DNA of 64,000 bases from assembly GCA_950097015.1 (NCBI GenBank), contig CATNEN010000002.1, forward strand, positions 8,060,001-8,124,000. The letters are read 5' to 3'. Made by a program: the position numbers and the translations under genes. The notes beneath the pieces are model-generated. The model was not told the origin of the DNA and did no database searches. It saw only the letters and a program-made list of their open reading frames with translations. Position 1 is the first letter of the stretch. Every line of letters begins with the position of its first letter. Source of the DNA: Macrostomum hystrix. Taxonomy: Eukaryota > Animalia > Platyhelminthes. Of this stretch, positions 35,101-49,147 are shown one piece after another.

Positions 35101-38100
35101 TGATTGCTACATTTCTTATTTTACTATTATTGACTTCTCAAATTCAATCTTCCATGCGGAGTTGAAGCCAGCAAGCAGAAAGACTGACACCTGAGAATAG
35201 ATCCATTTGATCAAACTGTGCAGGGTTTCTGGTCTTGCTGGTGGCAAACTCTGCAGAAGCATCTGCCCAACCCCCACCTCACTACTGATTTGAATGTCAC
35301 TGAAATATGAGAATGAGTTTGCTGTTATTAACTGGCATAAAGTGGATTGATTGCTACATTTCTTATTTTACTATTATTGACTTCTCAAATTCAATCTTCC
35401 ATGCGGAGTTGAAGCCAGCAAGCAGAAAGACTGACACCTGAGAATAGATCCATTTGATCAAACTGTGCAGGGTTTCTGGTCTTGCTGGTGGCAAACTCTG
35501 CAGAAGCATCTGCCCAACCCCCCACCTCACTACTGATTTGAATGTCACTGAAATATGAGAATGAGTTTGCTGTTATTAACTGGCATAAAGTGGATTGATT
35601 GCTACATTTCTTATTTTACTATTATTGACTTCTCAAATTCAATCTTCCATGCGGAGTTGAAGCCAGCAAGCAGAAAGACTGACACCTGAGAATAGATCCA
35701 TTTGATCAAACTGTGCAGGGTTTCTGGTCTTGCTGGTGGCAAACTCTGCAGAAGCATCTGCCCAACCCCCCACCTCACTACTGATTTGAATGTCACTGAA
35801 ATATGAGAATGAGTTTGCTGTTATTAACTGGCATAAAGTGGATTGATTGCTACATTTCTTATTTTACTATTATTGACTTCTCAAATTCAATCTTCCATGC
35901 GGAGTTGAAGCCAGCAAGCAGAAAGACTGACACCTGAGAATAGATCCATTTGATCAAACTGTGCAGGGTTTCTGGTCTTGCTGGTGGCAAACTCTGCAGA
36001 AGCATCTGCCCAACCCCCACCTCACTACTGATTTGAATGTCACTGAAATATGAGAATGAGTTTGCTGTTATTAACTGGCATAAAGTGGATTGATTGCTAC
36101 ATTTCTTATTTTACTATTATTGACTTCTCAAATTCAATCTTCCATGCGGAGTTGAAGCCAGCAAGCAGAAAGACTGACACCTGAGAATAGATCCATTTGA
36201 TCAAACTGTGCAGGGTTTCTGGTCTTGCTGGTGTCAAACTCTGCAGAAGCATCTGCCCAACCCCCACCTCACTACTGATTTGAATGTCACTGAAATATGA
36301 GAATGAGTTTGCTGTTATTAACTGGCATAAAGTGGATTGATTGCTACATTTCTTATTTTACTATTATTGACTTCTCAAATTCAATCTTCCATGCGGAGTT
36401 GAAGCCAGCAAGCAGAAAGACTGACACCTGAGAATAGATCCATTTGATCAAACTGTGCAGGGTTTCTGGTCTTGCTGGTGTCAAACTCTGCAGAAGCATC
36501 TGCCCAACCCCCCACCTCACTACTGATTTGAATGTCACTGAAATATGAGAATGAGTTTGCTGTTATTAACTGGCATAAAGTGGATTGATTGCTACATTTC
36601 TTATTTTACTATTATTGACTTCTCAAATTCAATCTTCCCATGCGGAGTTGAAGCCAGCAAGCAGAAAGACTGACACCTGAGAATAGATCCATTTGATCAA
36701 ACTGTGCAGGGTTTCTGGTCTTGCTGGTGTCAAACTCTGCAGAAGCATCTGCCCAACCCCCACCTCACTACTAATTTTAATTGTCACTGAAATATGAGAA
36801 TGAGTTTGCTGTTATTAACTGGCATAAAGTGGATTGATTGCTACATTTCTTATTTTACTATTATTGACTTCTCAAATTCAATCTTCCATGCGGAGTTGAA
36901 GCCAGCAAGCAGAAAGACTGACACCTGAGAATAGATCCATTTGATCAAACTGTGCAGGGTTTCTGGTCTTGCTGGTGTCAAACTCTGCAGAAGCATCTGC
37001 CCAACCCCCACCTCACTACTGATTTGAATGTCACTGAAATATGAGAATGAGTTTGCTGTTATTAACTGGCATAAAGTGGATTGATTGCTACATTTCTTAT
37101 TTTACTATTATTGACTTCTCAAATTCAATCTTCCATGCGGAGTTGAAGCCAGCAAGCAGAAAGACTGACACCTGAGAATAGATCCATTTGATCAAACTGT
37201 GCAGGGTTTCTGGTCTTGCTGGTGTCAAACTCTGCAGAAGCATCTGCCCAACCCCCCACCTCACTACTGATTTGAATGTCACTGAAATATGAGAATGAGT
37301 TTGCTGTTATTAACTGGCATAAAGTGGATTGATTGCTACATTTCTTATTTTACTATTATTGACTTCTCAAATTCAATCTTCCATGCGGAGTTGAAGCCAG
37401 CAAGCAGAAAGACTGACACCTGAGAATAGATCCATTTGATCAAACTGTGCAGGGTTTCTGGTCTTGCTGGTGGCAAACTCTGCAGAAGCATCTGCCCAAC
37501 CCCCCACCTCACTACTGATTTGAATGTCACTGAAATATGAGAATGAGTTTGCTGTTATTAACTGGCATAAAGTGGATTGATTGCTACATTTCTTATTTTA
37601 CTATTATTGACTTCTCAAATTCAATCTTCCATGCGGAGTTGAAGCCAGCAAGCAGAAAGACTGACACCTGAGAATAGATCCATTTGATCAAACTGTGCAG
37701 GGTTTCTGGTCTTGCTGGTGGCAAACTCTGCAGAAAGCATCTGCCCAACCCCCCACCTCACTACTGATTTGAATGTCACTGAAATATGAGAATGAGTTTG
37801 CTGTTATTAACTGGCATAAAGTGGATTGATTGCTACATTTCTTATTTTACTATTATTGACTTCTCAAATTCAATCTTCCATGCGGAGTTGAAGCCAGCAA
37901 GCAGAAAGACTGACACCTGAGAATAGATCCATTTGATCAAACTGTGCAGGGTTTCTGGTCTTGCTGGTGTCAAACTCTGCAGAAGCATCTGCCCAACCCT
38001 CCACCTCACTACTGATTTGAATGTCACTGAAATATGGAGAATGAGTTTGCTGTTATTAACTGGCATAAAGTGGATTGATTGCTACATTTCTTATTTTACT

Positions 38101-41100
38101 ATTATTGACTTCTCAAATTCAATCTTCCATGCGGAGTGAAGCCAGCAAGCAGAAAGACTGACACCTGAGAATAGATCCATTTGATCAAACTGTGCAGGGT
38201 TTCTGGTCTTGCTGGTGGCAAACTCTGCAGAAGCATCTGCCCAACCCCCCACCTCACTACTGATTTGAATGTCACTGAAATATGAGAATGAGTTTGCTGT
38301 TATTAACTGGCATAAAGTGGATTGATTGCTACATTTCTTATTTTACTATTATTGACTTCTCAAATTCAATCTTCCATGCGGAGTTGAAGCCAGCAAGCAG
38401 AAAGACTGACACCTGAGAATAGATCCATTTGATCAAACTGTGCAGGGTTTCTGGTCTTGCTGGTGGCAAACTCTGCAGAAGCATCTGCCCAACCCCCCAC
38501 CTCACTACTGATTTGAATGTCACTGAAATATGAGAATGAGTTTGCTGTTATTAACTGGCATAAAGTGGATTGATTGCTACATTTCTTATTTTACTATTAT
38601 TGACTTCTCAAATTCAATCTTCCATGCGGAGTTGAAGCCAGCAAGCAGAAAGACTGACACCTGAGAATAGATCCATTTGATCAAACTGTGCAGGGTTTCT
38701 GGTCTTGCTGGTGGCAAACTCTGCAGAAGCATCTGCCCAACCCCCCACCTCACTACTGATTTGAATGTCACTGAAATATGAGAATGAGTTTGCTGTTATT
38801 AACTGGCATAAAGTGGATTGATTGCTACATTTCTTATTTTACTATTATTGACTTCTCAAATTCAATCTTCCATGCGGAGTTGAAGCCAGCAAGCAGAAAG
38901 ACTGACACCTGAGAATAGATCCATTTGATCAAACTGTGCAGGGTTTCTGGTCTTGCTGGTGGCAAACTCTGCAGAAGCATCTGCCCAACCCCCCACCTCA
39001 CTACTGATTTGAATTGTCACTGAAATATGAGAATGAGTTTGCTGTTATTAACTGGCATAAAGTGGATTGATTGCTACATTTCTTATTTTACTATTATTGA
39101 CTTCTCAAATTCAATCTTCCCATGCGGAGTTGAAGCCAGCAAGCAGAAAGACTGACACCTGAGAATAGATCCATTTGATCAAACTGTGCAGGGTTTCTGG
39201 TCTTGCTGGTGGCAAACTCTGCAGAAAGCATCTGCCCAACCCCCACCTCACTACTAATTTTATTGTCACTGAAATATGAGAATGAGTTTGCTGTTATTAA
39301 CTGGCATAAAGTGGATTGATTGCTACATTTCTTATTTTACTATTATTGACTTCTCAAATTCAATCTTCCATGCGGAGTTGAAGCCAGCAAGCAGAAAGAC
39401 TGACACCTGAGAATAGATCCATTTGATCAAACTGTGCAGGGTTTCTGGTCTTGCTGGTGTCAAACTCTGCAGAAGCATCTGCCCAACCCTCCACCTCACT
39501 ACTGAATTTGAATGTCACTGAAATATGAGAATGAGTTTGCTGTTATTAACTGGCATAAAGTGGATTGATTGCTACATTTCTTATTTTACTATTATTGACT
39601 TCTCAAATTCAATCTTCCATGCGGAGTTGAAGCCAGCAAGCAGAAAGACTGACACCTGAGAATAGATCCATTTGATCAAACTGTGCAGGGTTTCTGGTCT
39701 TGCTGGTGGCAAACTCTGCAGAAGCATCTGCCCAACCCCCCACCTCACTACTGAATTTGAATGTCACTGAAATATGAGAATGAGTTTGCTGTTATTAACT
39801 GGCATAAAGTGGATTGATTGCTACATTTCTTATTTTACTATTATTGACTTCTCAAATTCAATCTTCCATGCGGAGTTGAAGCCAGCAAGCAGAAAGACTG
39901 ACACCTGAGAATAGATCCATTTGATCAAACTGTGCAGGGTTTCTGGTCTTGCTGGTGGCAAACTCTGCAGAAGCATCTGCCCAACCCCCCACCTCACTAC
40001 TGATTTGAATGTCACTGAAATATGAGAATGAGTTTGCTGTTATTAACTGGCATAAAGTGGATTGATTGCTACATTTCTTATTTTACTATTATTGACTTCT
40101 CAAATTCAATCTTCCATGCGGAGTTGAAGCCAGCAAGCAGAAAGACTGACACCTGAGAATAGATCCATTTGATCAAACTGTGCAGGGTTTCTGGTCTTGC
40201 TGGTGGCAAACTCTGCAGAAGCATCTGCCCAACCCCCCACCTCACTACTGATTTGAATGTCACTGAAATATGAGAATGAGTTTGCTGTTATTAACTGGCA
40301 TAAAGTGGATTGATTGCTACATTTCTTATTTTACTATTATTGACTTCTCAAATTCAATCTTCCATGCGGAGTTGAAGCCAGCAAGCAGAAAGACTGACAC
40401 CTGAGAATAGATCCATTTGATCAAACTGTGCAGGGTTTCTGGTCTTGCTGGTGTCAAACTCTGCAGAAGCATCTGCCCAACCCCCACCTCACTACTGATT
40501 TGAATGTCACTGAAATATGAGAATGAGTTTGCTGTTATTAACTGGCATAAAGTGGATTGATTGCTACATTTCTTATTTTACTATTATTGACTTCTCAAAT
40601 TCAATCTTCCATGCGGAGTTGAAGCCAGCAAGCAGAAAGACTGACACCTGAGAATAGATCCATTTGATCAAACTGTGCAGGGTTTCTGGTCTTGCTGGTG
40701 GCAAACTCTGCAGAAGCATCTGCCCAACCCCCACCTCACTACTGATTTGAATGTCACTGAAATATGAGAATGAGTTTGCTGTTATTAACTGGCATAAAGT
40801 GGATTGATTGCTACATTTCTTATTTTACTATTATTGACTTCTCAAATTCAATCTTCCATGCGGAGTTGAAGCCAGCAAGCAGAAAGACTGACACCTGAGA
40901 ATAGATCCATTTGATCAAACTGTGCAGGGTTTCTGGTCTTGCTGGTGGCAAACTCTGCAGAAGCATCTGCCCAACCCCCCACCTCACTACTGATTTGAAT
41001 GTCACTGAAATATGAGAATGAGTTTGCTGTTATTAACTGGCATAAAGTGGATTGATTGCTACATTTCTTATTTTACTATTATTGACTTCTCAAATTCAAT

Positions 41101-44100
41101 CTTCCATGCGGAGTTGAAGCCAGCAAGCAGAAAGACTGACACCTGAGAATAGATCCATTTGATCAAACTGTGCAGGGTTTCTGGTCTTGCTGGTGGCAAA
41201 CTCTGCAGAAGCATCTGCCCAACCCCCCACCTCACTACTGATTTGAATGTCACTGAAATATGAGAATGAGTTTGCTGTTATTAACTGGCATAAAGTGGAT
41301 TGATTGCTACATTTCTTATTTTACTATTATTGACTTCTCAAATTCAATCTTCCATGCGGAGTTGAAGCCAGCAAGCAGAAAGACTGACACCTGAGAATAG
41401 ATCCATTTGATCAAACTGTGCAGGGTTTCTGGTCTTGCTGGTGTCAAACTCTGCAGAAGCATCTGCCCAACCCCCACCTCACTACTAGATTTGAATTGTC
41501 ACTGAAATATGAGAATGAGTTTGCTGTTATTAACTGGCATAAAGTGGATTGATTGCTACATTTCTTATTTTACTATTATTGACTTCTCAAATTCAATCTT
41601 CCATGCGGAGTTGAAGCCAGCAAGCAGAAAGACTGACACCTGAGAATAGATCCATTTGATCAAACTGTGCAGGGTTTCTGGTCTTGCTGGTGTCAAACTC
41701 TGCAGAAGCATCTGCCCAACCCCCCACCTCACTACTGATTTGAATGTCACTGAAATATGAGAATGAGTTTGCTGTTATTAACTGGCATAAAGTGGATTGA
41801 TTGCTACATTTCTTATTTTACTATTATTGACTTCTCAAATTCAATCTTCCATGCGGAGTTGAAGCCAGCAAGCAGAAAGACTGACACCTGAGAATAGATC
41901 CATTTGATCAAACTGTGCAGGGTTTCTGGTCTTGCTGGTGTCAAACTCTGCAGAAGCATCTGCCCAACCCCCACCTCACTACTGATTTGAATGTCACTGA
42001 AATATTGAGAATGAGTTTGCTGTTATTAACTGGCATAAAGTGGATTGATTGCTACATTTCTTATTTTACTATTATTGACTTCTCAAATTCAATCTTCCAT
42101 GCGGAGTTGAAGCCAGCAAGCAGAAAGACTGACACCTGAGAATAGATCCATTTGATCAAACTGTGCAGGGTTTCTGGTCTTGCTGGTGGCAAACTCTGCA
42201 GAAGCATCTGCCCAACCCCCACCTCACTACTGAATTTGAATGTCACTGAAATATGAGAATGAGTTTGCTGTTATTAACTGGCATAAAGTGGATTGATTGC
42301 TACATTTCTTATTTTACTATTATTGACTTCTCAAATTCAATCTTCCATGCGGAGTTGAAGCCAGCAAGCAGAAAGACTGACACCTGAGAATAGATCCATT
42401 TGATCAAACTGTGCAGGGTTTCTGGTCTTGCTGGTGGCAAACTCTGCAGAAGCATCTGCCCAACCCCCACCTCACTACTAATTTTATTGTCACTGAAATA
42501 TGAGAATGAGTTTGCTGTTATTAACTGGCATAAAGTGGATTGATTGCTACATTTCTTATTTTACTATTATTGACTTCTCAATTCAATCTTCCATGCGGAG
42601 TTGAAGCCAGCAAGCAGAAAGACTGACACCTGAGAATAGATCCATTTGATCAAACTGTGCAGGGTTTCTGGTCTTGCTGGTGGCAAACTCTGCAGAAGCA
42701 TCTGCCCAACCCCCCACCTCACTACTAATTTTATATGTCACTGGAAATATGAGAATGAGTTTGCTGTTATTAACTGGCATAAAGTGGATTGATTGCTACA
42801 TTTCTTATTTTACTATTATTGACTTCTCAAATTCAATCTTCCATGCGGAGTTGAAGCCAGCAAGCAGAAAGACTGACACCTGAGAATAGATCCATTTGAT
42901 CAAACTGTGCAGGGTTTCTGGTCTTGCTGGTGGCAAACTCTGCAGAAGCATCTGCCCAACCCCCACCTCACTACTAATTTTATTGTCACTGAATATGAGA
43001 ATGAGTTTGCTGTTATTAACTGGCATAAAGTGGATTGATTGCTACATTTCTTATTTTACTATTATTGACTTCTCAAATTCAATCTTCCATGCGGAGTTGA
43101 AGCCAGCAAGCAGAAGACTGACACCTGAGAATAGATCCATTTGATCAAACTGTGCAGGGTTTCTGTCTTGCTGGTGTCAAACTCTGCAGAAGCATCTGCC
43201 CAACCCCCACCTCACTACTAATTTTATTGTCACTGAAATATGAGAATGAGTTTGCTGTTATTAACTGCATAAAGTGGATTGATTGCTACATTTCTTATTT
43301 TACTATTATTGACTTCTCAAATTCAATCTCCCATGCGGAGTTGAAGCCAGCAAGCAGAAAGACTGACACCTGAGAATAGATCCATTTGATCAAACTGTGC
43401 AGGGTTTCTGGTCTTGCTGGTGGCAAACTCTGCAGAAGCATCTGCCCAACCCCCCACCTCACTACTAATTTTATTGTCACTGAAATATGAGAATGAGTTT
43501 GCTGTTATTAACTGGCATAAAGTGGATTGATTGCTACATTTCTTATTTTACTATTATTGACTTCTCAAATTCAATCTTCCATGCGGAGTTGAAGCCAGCA
43601 AGCAGAAAGACTGACACCTGAGAATAGATCCATTTGATCAAACTGTGCAGGGTTTCTGGTCTTGCTGGTGTCAAACTCTGCAGAAGCATCTGCCCAACCC
43701 CCACCTCACTACTAATTTTATTGTCACTGAAATATGAGAATGAGTTTGCTGTTATTAACTGGCATAAAGTGGATTGATTGCTACATTTCTTATTTTACTA
43801 TTATTGACTTCTCAAATTCAATCTTCCATGCGGAGTTGAAGCCAGCAAGCAGAAAGACTGACACCTGAGAATAGATCCATTTGATCAAACTGTGCAGGGT
43901 TTCTGGTCTTGCTGGTGGCAAACTCTGCAGAAGCATCTGCCCAACCCCCACCTCACTACTAATTTTATTGTCACTGAAATATGAGAATGAGTTTGCTGTT
44001 ATTAACTGGCATAAAGTGGATTGATTGCTACATTTCTTATTTTACTATTATTGACTTCTCAAATTCAATCTTCCATGCGGAGTTGAAGCCAGCAAGCAGA

Positions 44101-46663
44101 AAGACTGACACCTGAGAATAGATCCATTTGATCAAACTGTGCAGGGTTTCTGGTCTTGCTGGTGGCAAACTCTGCAGAAGCATCTGCCCAACCCCCACCT
44201 CACTACTAATTTTATTGTCACTGAAATATGAGAATGAGTTTGCTGTTATTAACTGGCATAAAGTGGATTGATTGCTACATTTCTTATTTTACTATTATTG
44301 ACTTCTCAAATTCAATCTTCCATGCGGAGTTGAAGCCAGCAAGCAGAAAGACTGACACCTGAGAATAGATCCATTTGATCAAACTGTGCAGGGTTTCTGG
44401 TCTTGCTGGTGTCAAACTCTGCAGAAGCATCTGCCCAACCCCCACCTCACTACTAATTTTATTGTCACTGAAATATGAGAATGAGTTTGCTGTTATTAAC
44501 TGGCATAAAGTGGATTGATTGCTACATTTCTTATTTTACTATTATTGACTTCTCAAATTCAATCTTCCATGCGGAGTTGAAGCCAGCAAGCAGAAAGACT
44601 GACACCTGAGAATAGATCCATTTGATCAAACTGTGCAGGGTTTCTGGTCTTGCTGGTGGCAAACTCTGCAGAAGCATCTGCCCAACCCCCCACCTCACTA
44701 CTAATTTTATTGTCACTGAAATATGAGAATGAGTTTGCTGTTATTAACTGGCATAAAGTGGATTGATTGCTACATTTCTTATTTTACTATTATTGACTTC
44801 TCAAATTCAATCTTCCATGCGGAGTTGAAGCCAGCAAGCAGAAAGACTGACACCTGAGAATAGATCCATTTGATCAAACTGTGCAGGGTTTCTGGTCTTG
44901 CTGGTGGCAAACTCTGCAGAAGCATCTGCCCAACCCCCCACCTCACTACTAATTTTATTGTCACTGAAATATGAGAATGAGTTTGCTGTTATTAACTGGC
45001 ATAAAGTGGATTGATTGCTACATTTCTTATTTTACTATTATTGACTTCTCAAATTCAATCTTCCATGCGGAGTTGAAGCCAGCAAGCAGAAAGACTGACA
45101 CCTGAGAATAGATCCATTTGATCAAACTGTGCAGGGTTTCTGGTCTTGCTGGTGGCAAACTCTGCAGAAGCATCTGCCCAACCCCCCACCTCACTACTAA
45201 TTTTATTGTCACTGAAATATGAGAATGAGTTTGCTGTTATTAACTGGCATAAAGTGGATTGATTGCTACATTTCTTATTTTACTATTATTGACTTCTCAA
45301 ATTCAATCTTCCATGCGGAGTTGAAGCCAGCAAGCAGAAAGACTGACACCTGAGAATAGATCCATTTGATCAAACTGTGCAGGGTTTCTGGTCTTGCTGG
45401 TGGCAAACTCTGCAGAAGCATCTGCCCAACCCCCCACCTCACTACTGATTTGAATGTCACTGAAATATGAGAATGAGTTTGCTGTTATTAACTGGCATAA
45501 AGTGGATTGATTGCTACATTTCTTATTTTACTATTATTGACTTCTCAAATTCAATCTTCCATGCGGAGTTGAAGCCAGCAAGCAGAAAGACTGACACCTG
45601 AGAATAGATCCATTTGATCAAACTGTGCAGGGTTTCTGGTCTTGCTGGTGTCAAACTCTGCAGAAGCATCTGCCCAACCCCCCACCTCACTACTAATTTT
45701 ATTGTCACTGAAATATGAGAATGAGTTTGCTGTTATTAACTGGCATAAAGTGGATTGATTGCTACATTTCTTATTTTACTATTATTGACTTCTCAAATTC
45801 AATCTTCCATGCGGAGTTGAAGCCAGCAAGCAGAAAGACTGACACCTGAGAATAGATCCATTTGATCAAACTGTGCAGGGTTTCTGGTCTTGCTGGTGGC
45901 AAACTCTGCAGAAGCATCTGCCCAACCCCCACCTCACTACTAATTTTATTGTCACTGAAATATGAGAATGAGTTTGCTGTTATTAACTGGCATAAAGTGG
46001 ATTGATTGCTACATTTCTTATTTTACTATTATTGACTTCTCAAATTCAATCTTCCATGCGGAGTTGAAGCCAGCAAGCAGAAAGACTGACACCTGAGAAT
46101 AGATCCATTTGATCAAACTGTGCAGGGTTTCTGGTCTTGCTGGTGGCAAACTCTGCAGAAGCATCTGCCCAACCCCCCACCTCACTACTAATTTTATTGT
46201 CACTGAAATATGAGAATGAGTTTGCTGTTATTAACTGGCATAAAGTGGATTGATTGCTACATTTCTTATTTTACTATTATTGACTTCTCAAATTCAATCT
46301 TCCATGCGGAGTTGAAGCCAGCAAGCAGAAAGACTGACACCTGAGAATAGATCCATTTGATCAAACTGTGCAGGGTTTCTGGTCTTGCTGGTGGCAAACT
46401 CTGCAGAAGCATCTGCCCAACCCCCCACCTCACTACTGATTTGAATGTCACTGAAATATGAGAATGAGTTTGCTGTTATTAACTGGCATAAAGTGGATTG
46501 ATTGCTACATTTCTTATTTTACTATTATTGACTTCTCAAATTCAATCTTCCATGCGGAGTTGAAGCCAGCAAGCAGAAAGACTGACACCTGAGAATAGAT
46601 CCATTTGATCAAACTGTGCAGGGTTTCTGGTCTTGCTGGTGGCAAACTCTGCAGAAGCATCTG
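26136..46663. repeat. 248-bp satellite, right arm (~83 monomers)
   Basis: Continuous 247-250 bp periodicity ending at ...GAAGCATCTG 46663; ~93 monomers in both arms together. Confidence 0.97.
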
Positions 46664-48472
46664 ACTCAGCACCAAATAAGTATATATTTAGACAAAGAAC
46701 TGTCTAGCTTTGTATTGTAAAAGACAAAAGAGAATAAATTAAAACATTGTTGCAAGTTATTAAAGATAAAAAAGATTAAACGCAGGATTCATTCTATATT
46801 TTCCTAAAGTTTTGTAGAAGCAATTCAAACAAGATAAACTTTTTTGAGTTGATCAGGTGTATTTATTTACTATTTGTTTAAAGTAAATAATTTAACACAA
46901 AATTTCTTGAATTGAAGAATGAAAATGGGAGGCTATTGCCATTTAAAAGTGAAATTTAATAAATGACAGTGCTTTTTGGGTGCTTGGAAAGATTTAGGTA
47001 CTGAATACTGGCTGAGATGAAGAAGAGTAACCAGTTTTAGTATGTTATATAATATTATATGATTTGATATAGGTAGTTGTTAACGTCCTTCACTGGTGAC
47101 CCAGTTGACTTTGTAGAAGTATTCATTTTACCGGACAAATAGCTGTTTGATTATTTGTCCAGTTAAATTAAAACCAAAACTTTTCAGTGTTGACTATATC
47201 TCCTGCATCTTGTTCCAAATTATGCATGTCGGAAGAGATCTTCCCTTTAAGCCAAATTGTTTATATCTAACTAATGTCTGTTTGATTTGTATTTTTATCC
47301 AACTAAAGAGTAGGGCCAAACCTAAGTTCCTTTGAAGCGTGAAGTTGTAGCGACTCATTCGAATACTTTACATCCGGAAGGACGTTAACCGGACAAATAG
47401 CCATTTGATTATTCGTCCGGTTAACCGGACAAATAACAACTGCCTTTGATATATATAATTTATGATATGTTTTATTTCAGAAATAATGAATATCAACATT
47501 TGTTGCGAATGAAATGGAATAGTTAATATATATAACTTTATAGCCTGACAAAACAAAATAGCTGTTAAAGTAAATAATATATTTTTAGCATTGTTGGGAC
47601 ATTTTTATCTGTGAAATAATTAAAAAAGGCAATTAATGATTACAAGTTACACATGCGATGCTCATTGAGTTTAAGAACAGGAAAACATGTACCATGATGG
47701 TCAGATTATTGTTAGCATAGAGGGACAGCCGCTGATCAAGCAAATAGCTTTAACAATGATAGAGCAATATTTGCTTTAACTTTGACAATTTTACTTGTCA
47801 ATCAGGCATAAGAGCCAACGTAGCAAATTCGTGCACTTCATTGCTTGGCTATTGCACACAGACAAAATTATAATACCTATTAAGCAATCAAATTAAAAAA
47901 ATAACTAGAGTTACACGCCGAAATGAAGTGCAGCTGCATATGGTATTACAGTGTATATGTAAATACAGGAATGCGTAAGAGAGATTTCATCGCAAATTAT
48001 AGAATGTCTTCAGAATTTCAACTACCATTTAAAAATAAATTAAATACCAGATTTCTAAGAAAGAATTATTATTTAAATGCATATACCTAACAGTTTTAGA
48101 AATAATATTGCAATCATGAAACAACTGATAACAAATCCTTATCTCTAGCAATGAATTGAAATATTTTATATAGTCGTCAGAAAAAATTAAAAATTTTCTT
48201 GTTTGTTTAAATACTTAAAATCGTTAGCTGCTAAAAATACTTTTGACTCATTAAAACAGTTTCTAAAAAAATTGCTGGAATCGATACATATTAAGGCTTA
48301 ACTTTTTTAATAGAAATTTAGGCTCAGCAATAACAGACCTAGGATATTTAGGCTCAAAATCGACAGAACTCTAAGCTGAGAATCGATATACACAGATATC
48401 TAAGTTAAGAATTTAATTATAGTTATCTATTGTCCAATTGTCCAACAAAATACTGTTGGCCTTCAAATAGAG

Positions 48473-48500
48473 GTCCCCAACGGGGGGCATAAATTGCTAG
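48473..48500 (+). other. Helitron 3' terminus (hairpin + CTAG)
   Basis: GTCCCC-AACG-GGGGGC hairpin, 8 nt, CTAG 48497-48500, followed directly by the next element's TCTAATATAC. Confidence 0.8.
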
Positions 48501-49147
48501 TCTAATATACTAAAAATGAAAATCTTGCTTGCTTGCTTGTCCACTATACTAAAAATGAAATGGTTGGTTGGTTGGTTGGTTGGTTGTAATTGATTTTCTC
48601 CCGAACGGCTCAACCGATTTTCACTATTTCTTCACCAAAAGATGCCAAATATAGAGACAATTTTACACACATTTTTATTAAGCTTAACTTTATTGCTAAG
48701 AGGATTAAATATTCGAAAAACATGATTTTTTCAAAGGTCAAACCATCTTGGCCTATTGAGAATTTCACTCACTGCCACTGAATTGAAATTGCATCGTCAA
48801 ATTGCGCAACAACCCCTAGCTGATTGAATTTGAAGCCTGCACTCTGGAGACAAATTGGAAATAAATGTACACAACCAACCGTGAGACTGAGTGTACTCTA
48901 TTTTCTTACTTCATTGTACAAAGCCAGAACTTTGAGAATTCATTTTATAAGGCTGATTTCTGCACCCACTAACCAACAGTCGGAATAGCCGATGTGTTAG
49001 GCACTAGGAATAAGTTAGGCATGGCTAGGCTTCGATTCTGCACTGCGTCAAATCATTTAGACTAATTTTCAGCCAGTAGTGATTGAAGATTATTTTTATT
49101 TATTTTTTTCATTTCGTTAATAAAATATCATAAATCATAGCAAATCT

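Larger units (their letters stand above)
6404..48500 (+). mobile_element. Autonomous Helitron, putatively expanded to ~42 kb by an internal satellite and a nested Gypsy
   Basis: 5' TC terminus at 6404 and Rep/Helicase gene at 9753-15784. The first hairpin+CTAG terminus I found downstream is at 48473-48500. The 5' end and gene are secure; the 3' boundary is inferred. Confidence 0.6.

Noticed and set aside
36600-43300. Cluster of 1-bp indel variants in satellite monomers
   Set aside because: Singleton indels in short homopolymers are what residual long-read consensus error looks like; not interpretable without reads.
17175-46451. Dozens of 61-aa ORFs (MTIKLVVRWG... / MTFKSVVRWG...)
   Set aside because: One per satellite monomer, with GTG starts, and lost whenever the C-run has five instead of six bases; no coding signature.
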